Below, in pieces: positions 19,240-29,652 of a stretch of 64,000 nucleotides of DNA. Source of the stretch: an uncultured Desulfatitalea sp. (lineage in GTDB: Bacteria; Desulfobacterota; Desulfobacteria; Desulfobacterales; Desulfosarcinaceae); contig CAXXMB010000001.1 in the NCBI GenBank assembly GCA_963668675.2, forward strand, positions 672,001-736,000, in the 5' to 3' direction. The notes under the pieces were generated by a model that saw only the letters and a list, made by a program, of their open reading frames with translations, made no database searches and had not been told where the DNA came from. Every line of letters begins with the position of its first letter. Positions within the stretch are counted from its first letter, which is position 1. The position numbers and the translations under genes are program-made.

Positions 19240-21552
19240 ATGCTAAAAGCAAATGAGGCCCAAGACGTCTCCCAAACCAGCGTCGGGGATCTGAGTTCCG
19301 TCGCCGAGTATAGAACCAGGCTGCAAGAGATCGGAAATCGGATCAACTCAGCCAGGGATCTGGATGAGATTCTCATCGATCTGAAAGATGAGATAACCGA
19401 CCTGTTCACTGCTGAACGGTTGACGATTTACGTGATCGACGGTGTCAAACGCGAACTGGTTTCGCGTTTCAAAAGCGGTGACGAGGTCGCCGAAATTCGT
19501 GTCCCGGTGAACAAAGACTCCCTGGCCGGCTATTGCGCACTGACGCATAAGCTTCTTAATATCGAAAATGTGTATGATGACAAAGAACTGGCCGGCATCG
19601 ACGAGAATCTCGGGTTTGACAAGTCGTGGGACCAGAAGACGGGATACCGCACAAAACAGGTGCTCTCGTACCCGATTATTTTCCAGAAGTACCTCATGGG
19701 AGGTCTTCAGCTCATCAATCGTCTCGATGGGGGAAAATTCACTGCCGAAGACGAAAAGGCCATTGCCGATCTCTCCAAAATAATAGGCATCGCCCTCTAC
19801 AACCAGAAACGCATGGCCGCAAGGGGAGGGCGCACCACCAAGTTCGATTACCTTCTCGAAAATCATCTGCTCACCCAGAAAGAGCTGACCAAAGCCATCA
19901 CCGACGCACGTCAACGCAAGGAGCCTGTCGACAGCGTACTGATTCGGGAGTATAAAGTTCCCAAATCGGAGTTGGGTGAGTCCCTGGCACGCTACTACAA
20001 AGTGCCGTTTGTCGCTTACAATGCCACCTATCCCATCCCGGGCGATCTGCTTAGCGGACTCAAAGTGCCCTTTATGAGGACCAACGTATGGGTGCCGCTG
20101 CGAAGCGAGGACAGCCAGCCGGTCGTGGCCATAGACGACCCGCACGACCTCAAACGCATTGACGAGATCAAGGCCCTGTTCCCCGGACGCAGACTGAAGT
20201 TCGTGGTAGCGCTTAAACAGGACGTTCTCGATTTCATCAAGCTGTTCACTGCCGATGAGAAGGAGATGGCCCAGATTGATGACATCCTGTCTCAACTCCA
20301 GGATGAGCACCAGGAGATCGAGGAGGCCGAATCCGGCGTCGGAGAAGAGGACAGCGCCGTCGTTCAGTTGGTCAACAAGATCATTTTAGATGCCTATGCC
20401 CGAAATGCCTCCGATATCCATATCGAACCTTACTCGGGCAAGCAGAACACCATGGTCCGTATTCGCGTGGACGGCTCCTGTACGGTCTACCAGACAATTC
20501 CTTTTGCGTATCGGAATGCGGTCGTGTCGCGGATCAAAATCATGTCGGACCTTGACATCGCAGAGCGACGGCTGCCCCAGGACGGCAAGATCAAGTTCAA
20601 GAAGTATGGCGGCAAAGATATCGAGCTGCGTGTCGCCACCATCCCTACCCAGGGCGGACTCGAAGATGTGGTCATGCGTATCTTGGCCGCTGGGGAGCCC
20701 ATCCCATTGAATAAAATGGGGTTCTCAGAGACCAACTACGAAAGTTTCCTGCAATCGGTCGTCAAACCATATGGTTTGATTCTCGTCTGCGGACCCACCG
20801 GTTCAGGTAAAACCACGACGCTTCACTCGGCACTGGCCTATATCAACAAGACCGAAACCAAAATATGGACGGCCGAAGACCCTGTTGAAATCACACAGAA
20901 GGGGTTGCGCCAAGTCCAGGTCAAATCCAAAATTGGCTTCGACTTCGCCGCTGCCATGCGCTCCTTTCTGCGCGCCGACCCCGATGTCATCATGGTCGGC
21001 GAGATGCGCGACAAGGAGACCACCCATATCGGCATCGAAGCGTCCCTGACCGGTCACTTGGTCTTTTCGACGCTGCATACCAACAGTGCGCCTGAAAGTA
21101 TCGTGCGCCTACTCGATATGGGCATGGATCCATTTAACTTCGCGGATGCCATCTTGTGCATTATGGCCCAGCGGCTGGTGCGCACGCTCTGTCCCGACTG
21201 CAAAAAGGAGTACAATCCATCAGAGGAAGAGTTTAATGAGCTGATCAGAGAGTATGGGGAGGAAGACTTTCAGAACAATATGGGCACTCAATACAGCTCG
21301 GATATCCCCTTATTCAAGCCTGTCGGATGCGAATTGTGCAACAACACCGGGTACCGGGGGCGCATGGGTATTCACGAATTGTTGACCGGTACGGATGAAA
21401 TGAAGAAGTTGATTCAGATCCGCGCCAAAATGGAAGATATTCGCGAGCAGGCGATCAAGGACGGCATGCGGACCCTTAAACAGGATGGAATAGAGAAGAT
21501 ATTCTTCGGCCATACCGATTTACTGCAGGTTCGGAAGGTTTGTATTAAATAA
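19240..21552 (+). CDS. GspE/PulE/PilB-family ATPase with an N-terminal GAF domain
   Basis: GAF pattern (FDKSWDQKTGYRTKQVLSYPI…LQLINR..F…D); ASDIHIEP, RRLPQDG, GPTGSGKTT, EDPVE, LRADPDVIMVGEMRD, TLHTN, CPDC…CELC. Confidence 0.92.
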   Translation: MLKANEAQDVSQTSVGDLSSVAEYRTRLQEIGNRINSARDLDEILIDLKDEITDLFTAERLTIYVIDGVKRELVSRFKSGDEVAEIRVPVNKDSLAGYCALTHKLLNIENVYDDKELAGIDENLGFDKSWDQKTGYRTKQVLSYPIIFQKYLMGGLQLINRLDGGKFTAEDEKAIADLSKIIGIALYNQKRMAARGGRTTKFDYLLENHLLTQKELTKAITDARQRKEPVDSVLIREYKVPKSELGESLARYYKVPFVAYNATYPIPGDLLSGLKVPFMRTNVWVPLRSEDSQPVVAIDDPHDLKRIDEIKALFPGRRLKFVVALKQDVLDFIKLFTADEKEMAQIDDILSQLQDEHQEIEEAESGVGEEDSAVVQLVNKIILDAYARNASDIHIEPYSGKQNTMVRIRVDGSCTVYQTIPFAYRNAVVSRIKIMSDLDIAERRLPQDGKIKFKKYGGKDIELRVATIPTQGGLEDVVMRILAAGEPIPLNKMGFSETNYESFLQSVVKPYGLILVCGPTGSGKTTTLHSALAYINKTETKIWTAEDPVEITQKGLRQVQVKSKIGFDFAAAMRSFLRADPDVIMVGEMRDKETTHIGIEASLTGHLVFSTLHTNSAPESIVRLLDMGMDPFNFADAILCIMAQRLVRTLCPDCKKEYNPSEEEFNELIREYGEEDFQNNMGTQYSSDIPLFKPVGCELCNNTGYRGRMGIHELLTGTDEMKKLIQIRAKMEDIREQAIKDGMRTLKQDGIEKIFFGHTDLLQVRKVCIK

Positions 21553-21582
21553 GTAGGAAAGTTTAAAGTTTAAAGTGAATGT

Positions 21583-21614
21583 GGGCGGGGGGTTACCCCG
21601 CCCTTCTTATTTTT
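21583..21614 (+). terminator. Intrinsic terminator between convergent genes
   Basis: gggcgggg-ggtta-ccccgccc followed by ttcttattttt. Confidence 0.6.
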
Positions 21615-23448
21615 ATGGTTGCAGGGCCTGTTTGAATCTCTTAAGCTGATCTTCGTAGATTCCTTTCTCTTCCGGATTCATTGAGAGCGCTTTCTCTTCA
21701 GCGGCGATGGCCTCTTCGATACGGCCGTTGGCGAAGAGGGCTTCGGCCAGGGTGTCCCAGATATGGGGAGCGGATTTGAGTGCGATGGCACGTCGGGCCA
21801 GCGCGAGCGAACGCTGAGGATTGTATGTATTCTCGCCTTTGGATGTGGCCAGCAGCCATGCCAGATTGTTCAGTATGTCGGGGTCGTTCGAATCAAGTGC
21901 GATCGCCTTCTCATAATTCTCCAAGGCAGCCTCTATGTTCTCCTGTTCCAGATAGATCGTACCGATCATCCCATAGAGTGTCGCGTCATCATCCGTTTTG
22001 GTCTCCTTCTGATACAGGTAGGACTCCAGCGCGGCGAGGGTGAATTGCCTGTTGCCCTGATTCATAACCATCTGGTTGAGCTGAAAGACACCGGCCGCCA
22101 ATATCGCGAATCCCACCAGATAGGCGATGATGCTGTTGCGCACTTTTCGATCGTGTTTTGTAATCCACTCGGGAGATTGCTCGCAGCGCACCAGGTAGTC
22201 GATGCGCTCGCGTATACTGAAATGGTGCCAGTTGGGCTTGTCGGCGGGTTGGCCGCTGGAGATAACGATTTTATTGAAGGTGGTGATCAAGGCCTGTGCA
22301 TCGGGGAAGATCCGGAATACGAAAAGATCGGCCTGGCGTTCAAAGTTGCGGATAAAGAAGCCGAAGATGAAACGGAAGTAGACCACGATGCCGATGACCA
22401 GAAGAAGCCCATAGAGGGCGTAGATGAACTTGATGGGGTTGATTTTGAAAGAGAGCAAGAGCCCCAGAATCGATTTTGAAAAGATCGTCAGCGCCACACT
22501 CAAAGGGTAGACCGCATAGGAGATCAGCATGAACCCGACAAAGAGAAGCAGGTAGAGGAGCAGGTGTTTTCGTTTTACATGGCCGATTTCATGGGCGATG
22601 ACCTGATCCACCTCCTGCGGGGTCAACAAGCGCAACAGTGCTTCGGTAACCAGAATATAGCGAAAGCGGCTGACCAGTCCCATCACGCCGGCGGTGATCA
22701 TGCGTCCTCCGAAGATCGGCCAATAGACAATATCGGCATAGCGCACACCGGTTTTTTTGCAGAGGGACTCGATTCGGCTTCTGAAAAAACCGTTTTCAAG
22801 AGGGCGGCAGCGCCAGAAACGCTGGATCAGCAGGGGTGCAAAGACGGCGGCCACCACCAGGAACAAGAGAAAATAGCCGGTCTGGCCGAACGAAGTGTTG
22901 AGAATGCGTTTGGGCCACTCAAACGGAAGCATCTGCAAAATGTCTGAGAGGCCGAAGAGAACGAGCCACGGCACAATGACGGGAACGCTCAGGGCGACGT
23001 TGGAGTAAACGTATTCGCGGCGCGAAAGATCACTCTGGTAGATCGCCTTTTGCGCATCGTATGCAAAAAGCCATACGACGATCAGGTAGCTCACAAACAG
23101 CATGAGAAAGATGAGATCCGCGAGGGTCGGGATCGCGCTGAAAAGGGGAAGGAAGGCCAGATGCGACGGCAGCTCCAAGAGCCAGATGTCCACGGCAAAT
23201 ACCACCAGTGCGGCGATCAAGTGACGCGTTACCAGTAGACCGAAGCGTTGATCCAGGCGTGTGCGGTCTTCCCGTCCGATGCATCTGACGAGATAAGCGA
23301 AACGATTTTTGGCGTACAGCGCAAATAGCGCCGAGACGCCGAGAAGTCCCATGAATGACTGTGCCAGGCTCAGAGACGGTGTCTGTGACGGCTGGTAAAG
23401 GGTCAGGGTGATCAAGGCAATGATAAAAAAGATGAAATGTGCAAACAT
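21613..23448 (-). CDS. M48-family membrane zinc metalloprotease with C-terminal TPRs
   Basis: Multiple TM segments; IAHEIGH, FERQAD, HFSIRERI; LNNLAWLLAT / DTLAEALF TPRs. Confidence 0.9.
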   Translation of the reverse strand: MFAHFIFFIIALITLTLYQPSQTPSLSLAQSFMGLLGVSALFALYAKNRFAYLVRCIGREDRTRLDQRFGLLVTRHLIAALVVFAVDIWLLELPSHLAFLPLFSAIPTLADLIFLMLFVSYLIVVWLFAYDAQKAIYQSDLSRREYVYSNVALSVPVIVPWLVLFGLSDILQMLPFEWPKRILNTSFGQTGYFLLFLVVAAVFAPLLIQRFWRCRPLENGFFRSRIESLCKKTGVRYADIVYWPIFGGRMITAGVMGLVSRFRYILVTEALLRLLTPQEVDQVIAHEIGHVKRKHLLLYLLLFVGFMLISYAVYPLSVALTIFSKSILGLLLSFKINPIKFIYALYGLLLVIGIVVYFRFIFGFFIRNFERQADLFVFRIFPDAQALITTFNKIVISSGQPADKPNWHHFSIRERIDYLVRCEQSPEWITKHDRKVRNSIIAYLVGFAILAAGVFQLNQMVMNQGNRQFTLAALESYLYQKETKTDDDATLYGMIGTIYLEQENIEAALENYEKAIALDSNDPDILNNLAWLLATSKGENTYNPQRSLALARRAIALKSAPHIWDTLAEALFANGRIEEAIAAEEKALSMNPEEKGIYEDQLKRFKQALQP

Positions 23449-23475
23449 GGGTGCGTCACCGTTTTAAACTGTTTA

Positions 23476-24054
23476 TCACTGCCTTGAGGCGTCGATGATT
23501 GCAGATTTGGATGATCGTTTGGACGCTCTGCCGAGGTATCGCTCTTTTTCACTGTAGATGCACCCGCAGTACTGTTGGCGGTACATGCCCAACGCTTTGG
23601 ACGCTTGGATACCCTCTTTCCATCCTTCGCGGAAGTCCTGGTAGTGGAAAGGAATTCCCACCTCCTTGCCGACCGCCTCTCCGATGGATCGGATGGCTTC
23701 ATGCTTTTGAAATTTGCTGTACAGCAGGGTGGTGGAAAACGTGTCGAACTTCCCCCGTTTGGCAATCAGGGCCGTTGATCTGAGGCGGTCGTGGTAACAC
23801 AGTTCACAGCGATTCGATTCCCGGAAGACAGCGCTTCGCAGAAATCCTTCCAGGTCGTATTCGGGGGCGATGATCAGTTTGATTTCGATCTGCCTGGCGT
23901 AAGATTCGAGGGTCTCTTGACGCTTCAAGCATTCGGTGTAGGGATGGATATTACTGCGGTAGAAGTATCCCATTACCTCGAACCGGTCTTCGCCCAGAAC
24001 CCGGATGGGGTAGATGCTGCAGGGGCCGCAGCAGATGTGCAGTAACAGTTTCAT
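23476..24054 (-). CDS. queH: Epoxyqueuosine reductase QueH
   Basis: LLHICCGPCS, NIHPYTE, RCELCY..RL, FSTTLL, YRQQYCGC. Confidence 0.9.
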   Translation of the reverse strand: MKLLLHICCGPCSIYPIRVLGEDRFEVMGYFYRSNIHPYTECLKRQETLESYARQIEIKLIIAPEYDLEGFLRSAVFRESNRCELCYHDRLRSTALIAKRGKFDTFSTTLLYSKFQKHEAIRSIGEAVGKEVGIPFHYQDFREGWKEGIQASKALGMYRQQYCGCIYSEKERYLGRASKRSSKSAIIDASRQ

Positions 24055-24758
24055 CTTCGTTCACCAAAAATATAGGTTCCGATGCGTACAAGCGTAGCGC
24101 CCTCTTCGATGGCCGCCTCGAAATCGCCGGTCATCCCCATGGAGAGCTCCTTCATCTCGATGTTCGGGATGTCACACGTTTTCAGCCGATCCCTCAAAAG
24201 CCGAAGTGCTTTAAAATAGGGGCGTGCCCCTTCAGGGTCGTAGAAGAAGGGCGGCATGGCCATCAGCCCCTTGATGCGGACGTTTGGGAGCCGGTTGATC
24301 TCCCGTAACAACGTTTCGGCGTCGTTTTCGCCAACACCCGATTTGGTCGGCTCCGCGCTGATGTTGATCTGAACGAGAATGTCTTGAACCTTGCCGGCCT
24401 TGCGCGCTTGTTTGTCCAGTTCGACGGCCAGCTTGGATGAATCCACGGTGTGAATCAGATCAAACATGCGAACGGCATACTTGGCTTTATTGCGCTGCAG
24501 ATGGCCGATGAAGTGCCACTGCACCGGGTTGCAGATCAAGGCGTCGAACTTGGACCTCGCCTCCTGGATATAGTTTTCACCGATAATGGCTGCCCCGGCA
24601 TCGATCGCTGCCTGAATCGTTTCAGGCGGATGGGTTTTTCCCACCACTACCAGGCGAATGCTGGAGGGACTTCTGCCGCTTCGCTCTGCAGCCGCGGTGA
24701 TCGTATCGGTCACCTTGGCGATATTGCTTCGTATGGTATCACACATTTCAAGTGTCAT
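24051..24758 (-). CDS. yggS: YggS-family PLP homeostasis protein (start uncertain)
   Basis: VGKT, GENYIQE, WHFIGHLQRNK, GLMAMP, LSMGMTGDFE.AIEEGATLVRIGT. Confidence 0.93.
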   Translation of the reverse strand: MTLEMCDTIRSNIAKVTDTITAAAERSGRSPSSIRLVVVGKTHPPETIQAAIDAGAAIIGENYIQEARSKFDALICNPVQWHFIGHLQRNKAKYAVRMFDLIHTVDSSKLAVELDKQARKAGKVQDILVQINISAEPTKSGVGENDAETLLREINRLPNVRIKGLMAMPPFFYDPEGARPYFKALRLLRDRLKTCDIPNIEMKELSMGMTGDFEAAIEEGATLVRIGTYIFGERR

Positions 24759-25401
24759 GGGTATTGATCCGTTGACCATCCGGTGAAGCGGTGCTGCTTT
24801 TTACGTCGGAGATCCTCACCACTTTCTCCCGGATCAGGTGTTCGATCACCTCGCATACCGGCAGTCCGACCACGTTGGTATAGGAGCCGTTGATCCGTTT
24901 GACCAAAAAGGTGCCCAACCCCTGTATGGCATATGCGCCGGCTTTGTCGAAAGGCTCGCCGGTGTGGATATACCACTCGATCTCCGCTTCGGAAAGCTGT
25001 TTGAACACGACATCGGTGCAGACACTCTCCGTAATCGTTTTTTCCTCAAAACGGCAGCGGATTGTAAAGCCGGTATAGACTTGATGGGTCTGGCCGCTCA
25101 AACGGAATAACATTCGGCGTGCGGCTTCCATCCCTACAGGCTTGCCCAGTATCTCTTCATCGATCACAACGATGGTGTCGGCGCCGATGACCCAACTGTC
25201 GGGGTGTTGGGTGGCGATATCTTCCGCTTTCATCTGTGACAGTCTGCTCACATATGGACCGGGAAGATCCTGCCGCAGGCGGCTTTCATCGACGTTGCTG
25301 GGCATCACATCGAATTCGAGCCCGGCCTTGGCGAGCAGATATTTTCGCCGGGGAGATTTGGATGCAAGAATGATACGGCCTTGTTGGGTTTTTTCGACCA
25401 T
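24748..25401 (-). CDS. maf: Maf-family nucleoside triphosphate pyrophosphatase
   Basis: ILASKSPRR, IGADTIV..ILGKP, LSGQTHQV, DKAGAYAIQG, NVVGLP. Confidence 0.93.
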   Translation of the reverse strand: MVEKTQQGRIILASKSPRRKYLLAKAGLEFDVMPSNVDESRLRQDLPGPYVSRLSQMKAEDIATQHPDSWVIGADTIVVIDEEILGKPVGMEAARRMLFRLSGQTHQVYTGFTIRCRFEEKTITESVCTDVVFKQLSEAEIEWYIHTGEPFDKAGAYAIQGLGTFLVKRINGSYTNVVGLPVCEVIEHLIREKVVRISDVKSSTASPDGQRINTHDT

Positions 25402-25475
25402 GCTGGGGGTTTTATCAGATGGTAGATGGGTTGGCAAGATTGGGGCGGTTGAGCATTTGTTTTGATGGAAGATGA

Positions 25476-25520
25476 AAACAGCGCCCGGCAGTCCCTACGA
25501 TTCAGGAGCTGCCGGGCGCT
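25476..25520 (-). terminator. Probable intrinsic terminator downstream of the MCP gene
   Basis: cagcgcccggcag … ctgccgggcgctg, with aaaa on the plus-strand left side (U-tract on minus). Confidence 0.5.
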
Positions 25521-25566
25521 GATGGTTTGTTCGGACAGGTCGTCCTGGAGTGATCCGGAACGCTCC

Positions 25567-27540
25567 CTACACCTTGAATTTTCCAACTGTTGCGTCGAGC
25601 TGGGAGGCCAGCTTAGACAGCTGTTCGGCATTGATGCTGACCTGGGAACTGCTGTTGGACATTTCGCCCGCCGCCTGGGTCACCTCCGAGATCTCCCTGG
25701 CGATGTCGGCTGAGACCGTGTTGCTCTGTCCGACATTGAGATTGACATCGCCGATACCCTGGGATGCTTGGGCCACGTTGCCCGCGATCTCTTTGGTTGT
25801 CGTGGATTGCTCCTCGACGGCAGCCGCAATTTTGGAGACGATGTCATTGACCTCGTTGACCACCTCGGTGATGTTGTTGATCTGGACCACGGTCACCTGG
25901 GTCGACGATTGGATGGACGAAACCTGACGTTTGATTTCGCCGGTGGCAGTGGCCGTCTGCTGCGCCAGTTCCTTGATCTCGTTGGCCACAACGGCAAAAC
26001 CCTTTCCGGCCTCGCCCGCACGGGCCGCCTCGATGGTGGCGTTGAGGGCCAGCAGGTTGACCTGTTCGGAGATGTCGGTGATGGTCTCCACCACTTTGCC
26101 GATCTCCTGGGCGGCGCGGCCGAGTTCATCGACCTGGCCGGAGGCGCCTTCGGCGTGGGTGACAGCATTGTTGGTCACGCCTCGGGCCTTTTCGGTGCTT
26201 TGGGCGATCTCACTGATGGTGACGCTCATCTCTTCGGTGGCCGAGGCCACCATATTGATATTGGTCGCCGCCTCATCCATGGTGCCCGCCACGGTTTCCA
26301 TGTTGGCGCTCATCTCTTCAGAGGCCGAGGCCACCGACTGGGCGCGCTGGGTCGTCTGGTCCGCTCCGCCGGAGAGCGCCGCCGATATGTCGTACAGTTC
26401 GGTTCCGGATTGCTTCAATTGGGCCGCGTTATCGGCAACCTCTTTGATGATGTCCTGCATTCGTTCGGTAAAAAGATTGAACCACTTGGCCAGATCACCT
26501 ACCTCGTCCTGACTGCTGACAGTGATCCGTTTGGTCAGGTCGCCTTCACCCTCGGCAGCATCCTTGAGGCCGGCCACCACATCGTTGATCGGTTTGGCCA
26601 CGGAGTTGCTGATCATGAAGATGATCAACGCGGCCGTCAGTACGGATAGAAGCGTGGCCACCAAACTGATCTTGCCAATCTTCCGTGCCGGTGCCAGCAC
26701 CTCGTCCAAGTGAATCGTGATGGCCACCTTCCACGGCATTGCGTCCAACTGTTTAAAAGCAGCCCATTTGGAGATTCCGCCAAATTCATAGGTGTACATG
26801 CCCTCATCTATGCCCTTCCAATCATCGAAACCCGGACTTTTGCTCAGATCGAAATTGAGCTCCATTTCCCGGTTGGGGTGGGCAATTATTCGTCCTGTGG
26901 CTTCGTATAGATAGGCGCGGCCGGTCTCGCCCACCTTGATTTGGTCGATAAACAGCGCGTCGACACTGGCGATCTCGATGATCCCCAACAGCACGCCGGT
27001 CACCGTCTCCTTTTCAGTGATTTGGGCGGCCAGAATCATTTCCGGCTTGCCGCTCTCAGGGTTCTTTTGCAGGTGGATGACAAACGGCTCACCGCCCATG
27101 ATCGCGTTGAAATAAGGCTGTTCCTTGACATCCAGTTTTCCGACCACGCTGGTATCCGCGGCAGACGTGATCCGACCTTTGGCATTGGCCAGGCAGACGT
27201 TGCTGTAGTAGCCGTAGCCCTCTTTGAGTTTGGCCAGTTGTCCGCTGGCCGAAGATGCCGCTGCTTTGCCCATGAAAGAGTCCTGCACGGCCGTGACGTA
27301 GATCTTCTGTTTGGCCCAGTTCTGCACATCAAGAGTGCGGTCGTTGAGCCAACGGTCCAGCATCTGGGAGGCCAGACCGATTGTTTTTTGAAGGTCCTTG
27401 ACCGCCGTATCGCTCAGGGTGTCTTTGGATGAGACGTACGAGATCGTAGAAGAGATGCCCATGCCCAGCAGTATCAGCAGCACCGTGGGGATCAGGAATT
27501 TATTGCGCAATTTCAGCTTGTTCCAAATGTTGCCCATCAT
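25567..27540 (-). CDS. Methyl-accepting chemotaxis protein (dCache-type sensor, HAMP)
   Basis: Two TMs flanking a periplasmic domain (GETGRAYL…IIAHP); GDLTKRI…[42 protein letters not shown]. Confidence 0.96.
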   Translation of the reverse strand: MMGNIWNKLKLRNKFLIPTVLLILLGMGISSTISYVSSKDTLSDTAVKDLQKTIGLASQMLDRWLNDRTLDVQNWAKQKIYVTAVQDSFMGKAAASSASGQLAKLKEGYGYYSNVCLANAKGRITSAADTSVVGKLDVKEQPYFNAIMGGEPFVIHLQKNPESGKPEMILAAQITEKETVTGVLLGIIEIASVDALFIDQIKVGETGRAYLYEATGRIIAHPNREMELNFDLSKSPGFDDWKGIDEGMYTYEFGGISKWAAFKQLDAMPWKVAITIHLDEVLAPARKIGKISLVATLLSVLTAALIIFMISNSVAKPINDVVAGLKDAAEGEGDLTKRITVSSQDEVGDLAKWFNLFTERMQDIIKEVADNAAQLKQSGTELYDISAALSGGADQTTQRAQSVASASEEMSANMETVAGTMDEAATNINMVASATEEMSVTISEIAQSTEKARGVTNNAVTHAEGASGQVDELGRAAQEIGKVVETITDISEQVNLLALNATIEAARAGEAGKGFAVVANEIKELAQQTATATGEIKRQVSSIQSSTQVTVVQINNITEVVNEVNDIVSKIAAAVEEQSTTTKEIAGNVAQASQGIGDVNLNVGQSNTVSADIAREISEVTQAAGEMSNSSSQVSINAEQLSKLASQLDATVGKFKV

Positions 27541-27671
27541 ATTTCTCCCAAATTAAATCCAGTAACACATTCGTTGTAAATTATAAAAGAGCGATGACGC
27601 CACGTTAAAAACTCCGGCGCCATCTCCCATGTCAATCATCCGTTGCAATCTGTTAAATATCTTTACTTGAA

Positions 27672-28670
27672 CTACTCCTCATAGACCGCCTCGGCCGTGG
27701 AGAGGATATCGTAGGGGATATCGATCTTAGCGGTTTGGGCTGTCTTTACATTGACCACCAGTTTGCCTTTGGTGCTCGAGAGATAAGGGATCTCTTTGGG
27801 GGCGGTACCGTCTAATATCTTAGCCGCCAATTCGGCTGCGGCAAGACCTATGGCTTGCTCCGACGTCACGATCGCAAATAGAGCACCGGCTTTCACATCA
27901 GATTCCGTAGCGGCAATGACCGGTACTTTGGCATTGTCTACGGTCCAACGCGTTATTTCCTCTCGGGACAACACCTTGTCACCTTGAGTGATACGGCTCG
28001 TATCAGCCAGGTAGATGAAATCCTCGGGAAAGCTATCAACCGCAGCTTTCCACTCATCGAACGTGTTGAGAAGATACATCTCTTTGTAGCGCACTCCCGA
28101 ACCCGCCTCCAATTTATCGGCCATTGCCGAGAGATACTTTCGGACACCGCGCATGGACGTGCCGTCTTTGCTCAGGAGCGCCACTGTTTTGGCGCCAAGA
28201 ATTTTTTGAGCCATGCCCCAGATATCCACGGCATAGGAGCGACGGAGAACACCGGTTACATTGTCCTTCGGCATTCCCAATGTTTGAGGTTTTCCGAATA
28301 TATAAGCGAAAACGACCGGAACACTATCGATTCTGGAGCCGACAAATTTAAGGCAGTTGTCATTCAATGTGATGATAAGATCCGGTTTCGCGGCAAGGGC
28401 CTTTTCAATCGCTTTATCGCCGGCGGCATTTTTTTCCTCATCTGATTTCAAACTATCTATTTCGAGATATTGAAATTCCGGCTCGATGCCTATGGTGGCC
28501 AGCCCCTCTCTAATCCCGCTATAAACCAACTCATAGTTGCCTATCTTCTTTGCTTCCGTCTCGGTTACACCATTAATTACGAGCACTTTCTTTGCAGCCA
28601 GCGCGTTGCCGGCAAAAAGGGAAACCATGAGAATGCAAGCCATGAGACATACGAATTTAAAGCGTTTCAT
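27672..28670 (-). CDS. Periplasmic substrate-binding protein (ABC_sub_bind-like), no transporter genes adjacent
   Basis: Signal peptide (…GNALA|A); PDLIIT, NVTGV, GALFA, AAKILDG..PKEIP, LVVNVKTA..IDIP; RBS AGGAG before ATG 28670. Confidence 0.82.
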   Translation of the reverse strand: MKRFKFVCLMACILMVSLFAGNALAAKKVLVINGVTETEAKKIGNYELVYSGIREGLATIGIEPEFQYLEIDSLKSDEEKNAAGDKAIEKALAAKPDLIITLNDNCLKFVGSRIDSVPVVFAYIFGKPQTLGMPKDNVTGVLRRSYAVDIWGMAQKILGAKTVALLSKDGTSMRGVRKYLSAMADKLEAGSGVRYKEMYLLNTFDEWKAAVDSFPEDFIYLADTSRITQGDKVLSREEITRWTVDNAKVPVIAATESDVKAGALFAIVTSEQAIGLAAAELAAKILDGTAPKEIPYLSSTKGKLVVNVKTAQTAKIDIPYDILSTAEAVYEE

Positions 28671-28830
28671 TGATACTTCTCCTTTGGGTATGTGTTGATT
28701 TCCGATCCAGTTCTTGGTTCGTTTCAATTATTTTATCAGCGCGAGCTCCCTCCCAAGTGGATCAGGTTGACTCGCCGCAGATGAATGTATCCTCCCGCAC
28801 AGATTCCGTTAAGACCCTGTCATATTTTTG

Positions 28831-28857
28831 ATATCGACTGGCGGGAACCAAACTTTA
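28831..28857 (-). promoter_or_regulatory. Putative sigma-28 (FliA) promoter
   Basis: Minus strand TAAAGTTT-N11-GTCGATAT versus consensus TAAAGTTT-N11-GCCGATAA; lies upstream of the binding protein and MCP genes. Confidence 0.7.
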
Positions 28858-29033
28858 GAGCTATGTCGAAAAATTCGATGGGGACTGAAGCGGTCATTAA
28901 ATACGAAAAATTTTCGGGAGGGAAGGGGTGGCGTTTTAAAGGACAAGGGAACAAAAATGCGACGGCCGATAACGTCAATCTGTGAAACAGACGCTGTCGG
29001 CCGTTTTAAATGCTTTGGCTTTCGAAGAGGGTT

Positions 29034-29471
29034 TTAGTAGTCTATTTTATTTGATTTTTTCTGTTCGTCGTTCCAGCGCTTATACTCTTGCCAGCGTTTC
29101 CACTCCAGGAACTCCTGGTAATCCTGGGAGCCTTTCTGGGAGCGCTTCCACTCCTGGAAGGCGGCGAAATCCTCTTGGTCTTTTTTCCACTCTTGGAACT
29201 GGTGAAAGGATTCGCCCTCTTCGGAGGTAGGTGCGGGTTCGGTCTGGGCGCTAACCGTTTTTTCCATCTTTTGATCAGACTCAGCAGCTACTTCACGCTT
29301 TTTATTAGAGTCATAGACGGTGAACTCCCCCTTCTCCTTTGTAAAGAGTCCAGGCCCTTTTGGAATTTCGGTGTCCGGATGATAATCAAAGGGTTTTACT
29401 TTGGCGCAACCCATGATCAGGAGCAATCCGGCAATGCCTGTGAGCATGGTAAATAGCAATCGCTTTTTCAT
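29034..29471 (-). CDS. Hypothetical lipoprotein with repeated F-x-E-W-K motifs
   Basis: Lipobox IMGC; C-terminal FQEWKK/FQEWKR/FLEWKR/WQEYKR. Confidence 0.75.
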   Translation of the reverse strand: MKKRLLFTMLTGIAGLLLIMGCAKVKPFDYHPDTEIPKGPGLFTKEKGEFTVYDSNKKREVAAESDQKMEKTVSAQTEPAPTSEEGESFHQFQEWKKDQEDFAAFQEWKRSQKGSQDYQEFLEWKRWQEYKRWNDEQKKSNKIDY

Positions 29472-29652
29472 TGTGTCATCCAATTAAGGTTCATTGCAGT
29501 GTGCCTGCTTTGCCTGGTTGGTCCATCTCGGTTTGCAGGATCAATTGAACATGTGTGGACATACCAAAAAACAGAGATGGTGAAAACGGTTTTTTAGATT
29601 ATAAAAGCCCTTGCGTGGCTTGTCACGTTTATTTCAAAACGATTTCCTCCAT

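Noticed and set aside
18842..19409. Alternative ORFs 18842-19183 (+) and 18906-19409 (-)
   Set aside because: They overlap the more plausible 2-TM ORF 18960-19211 and, for the minus ORF, the ATPase start; composition is not protein-like
21558..21577. aaagttt heptamer repeats after the ATPase stop
   Set aside because: Fewer than three full copies in an intergenic spacer; too short to support a function
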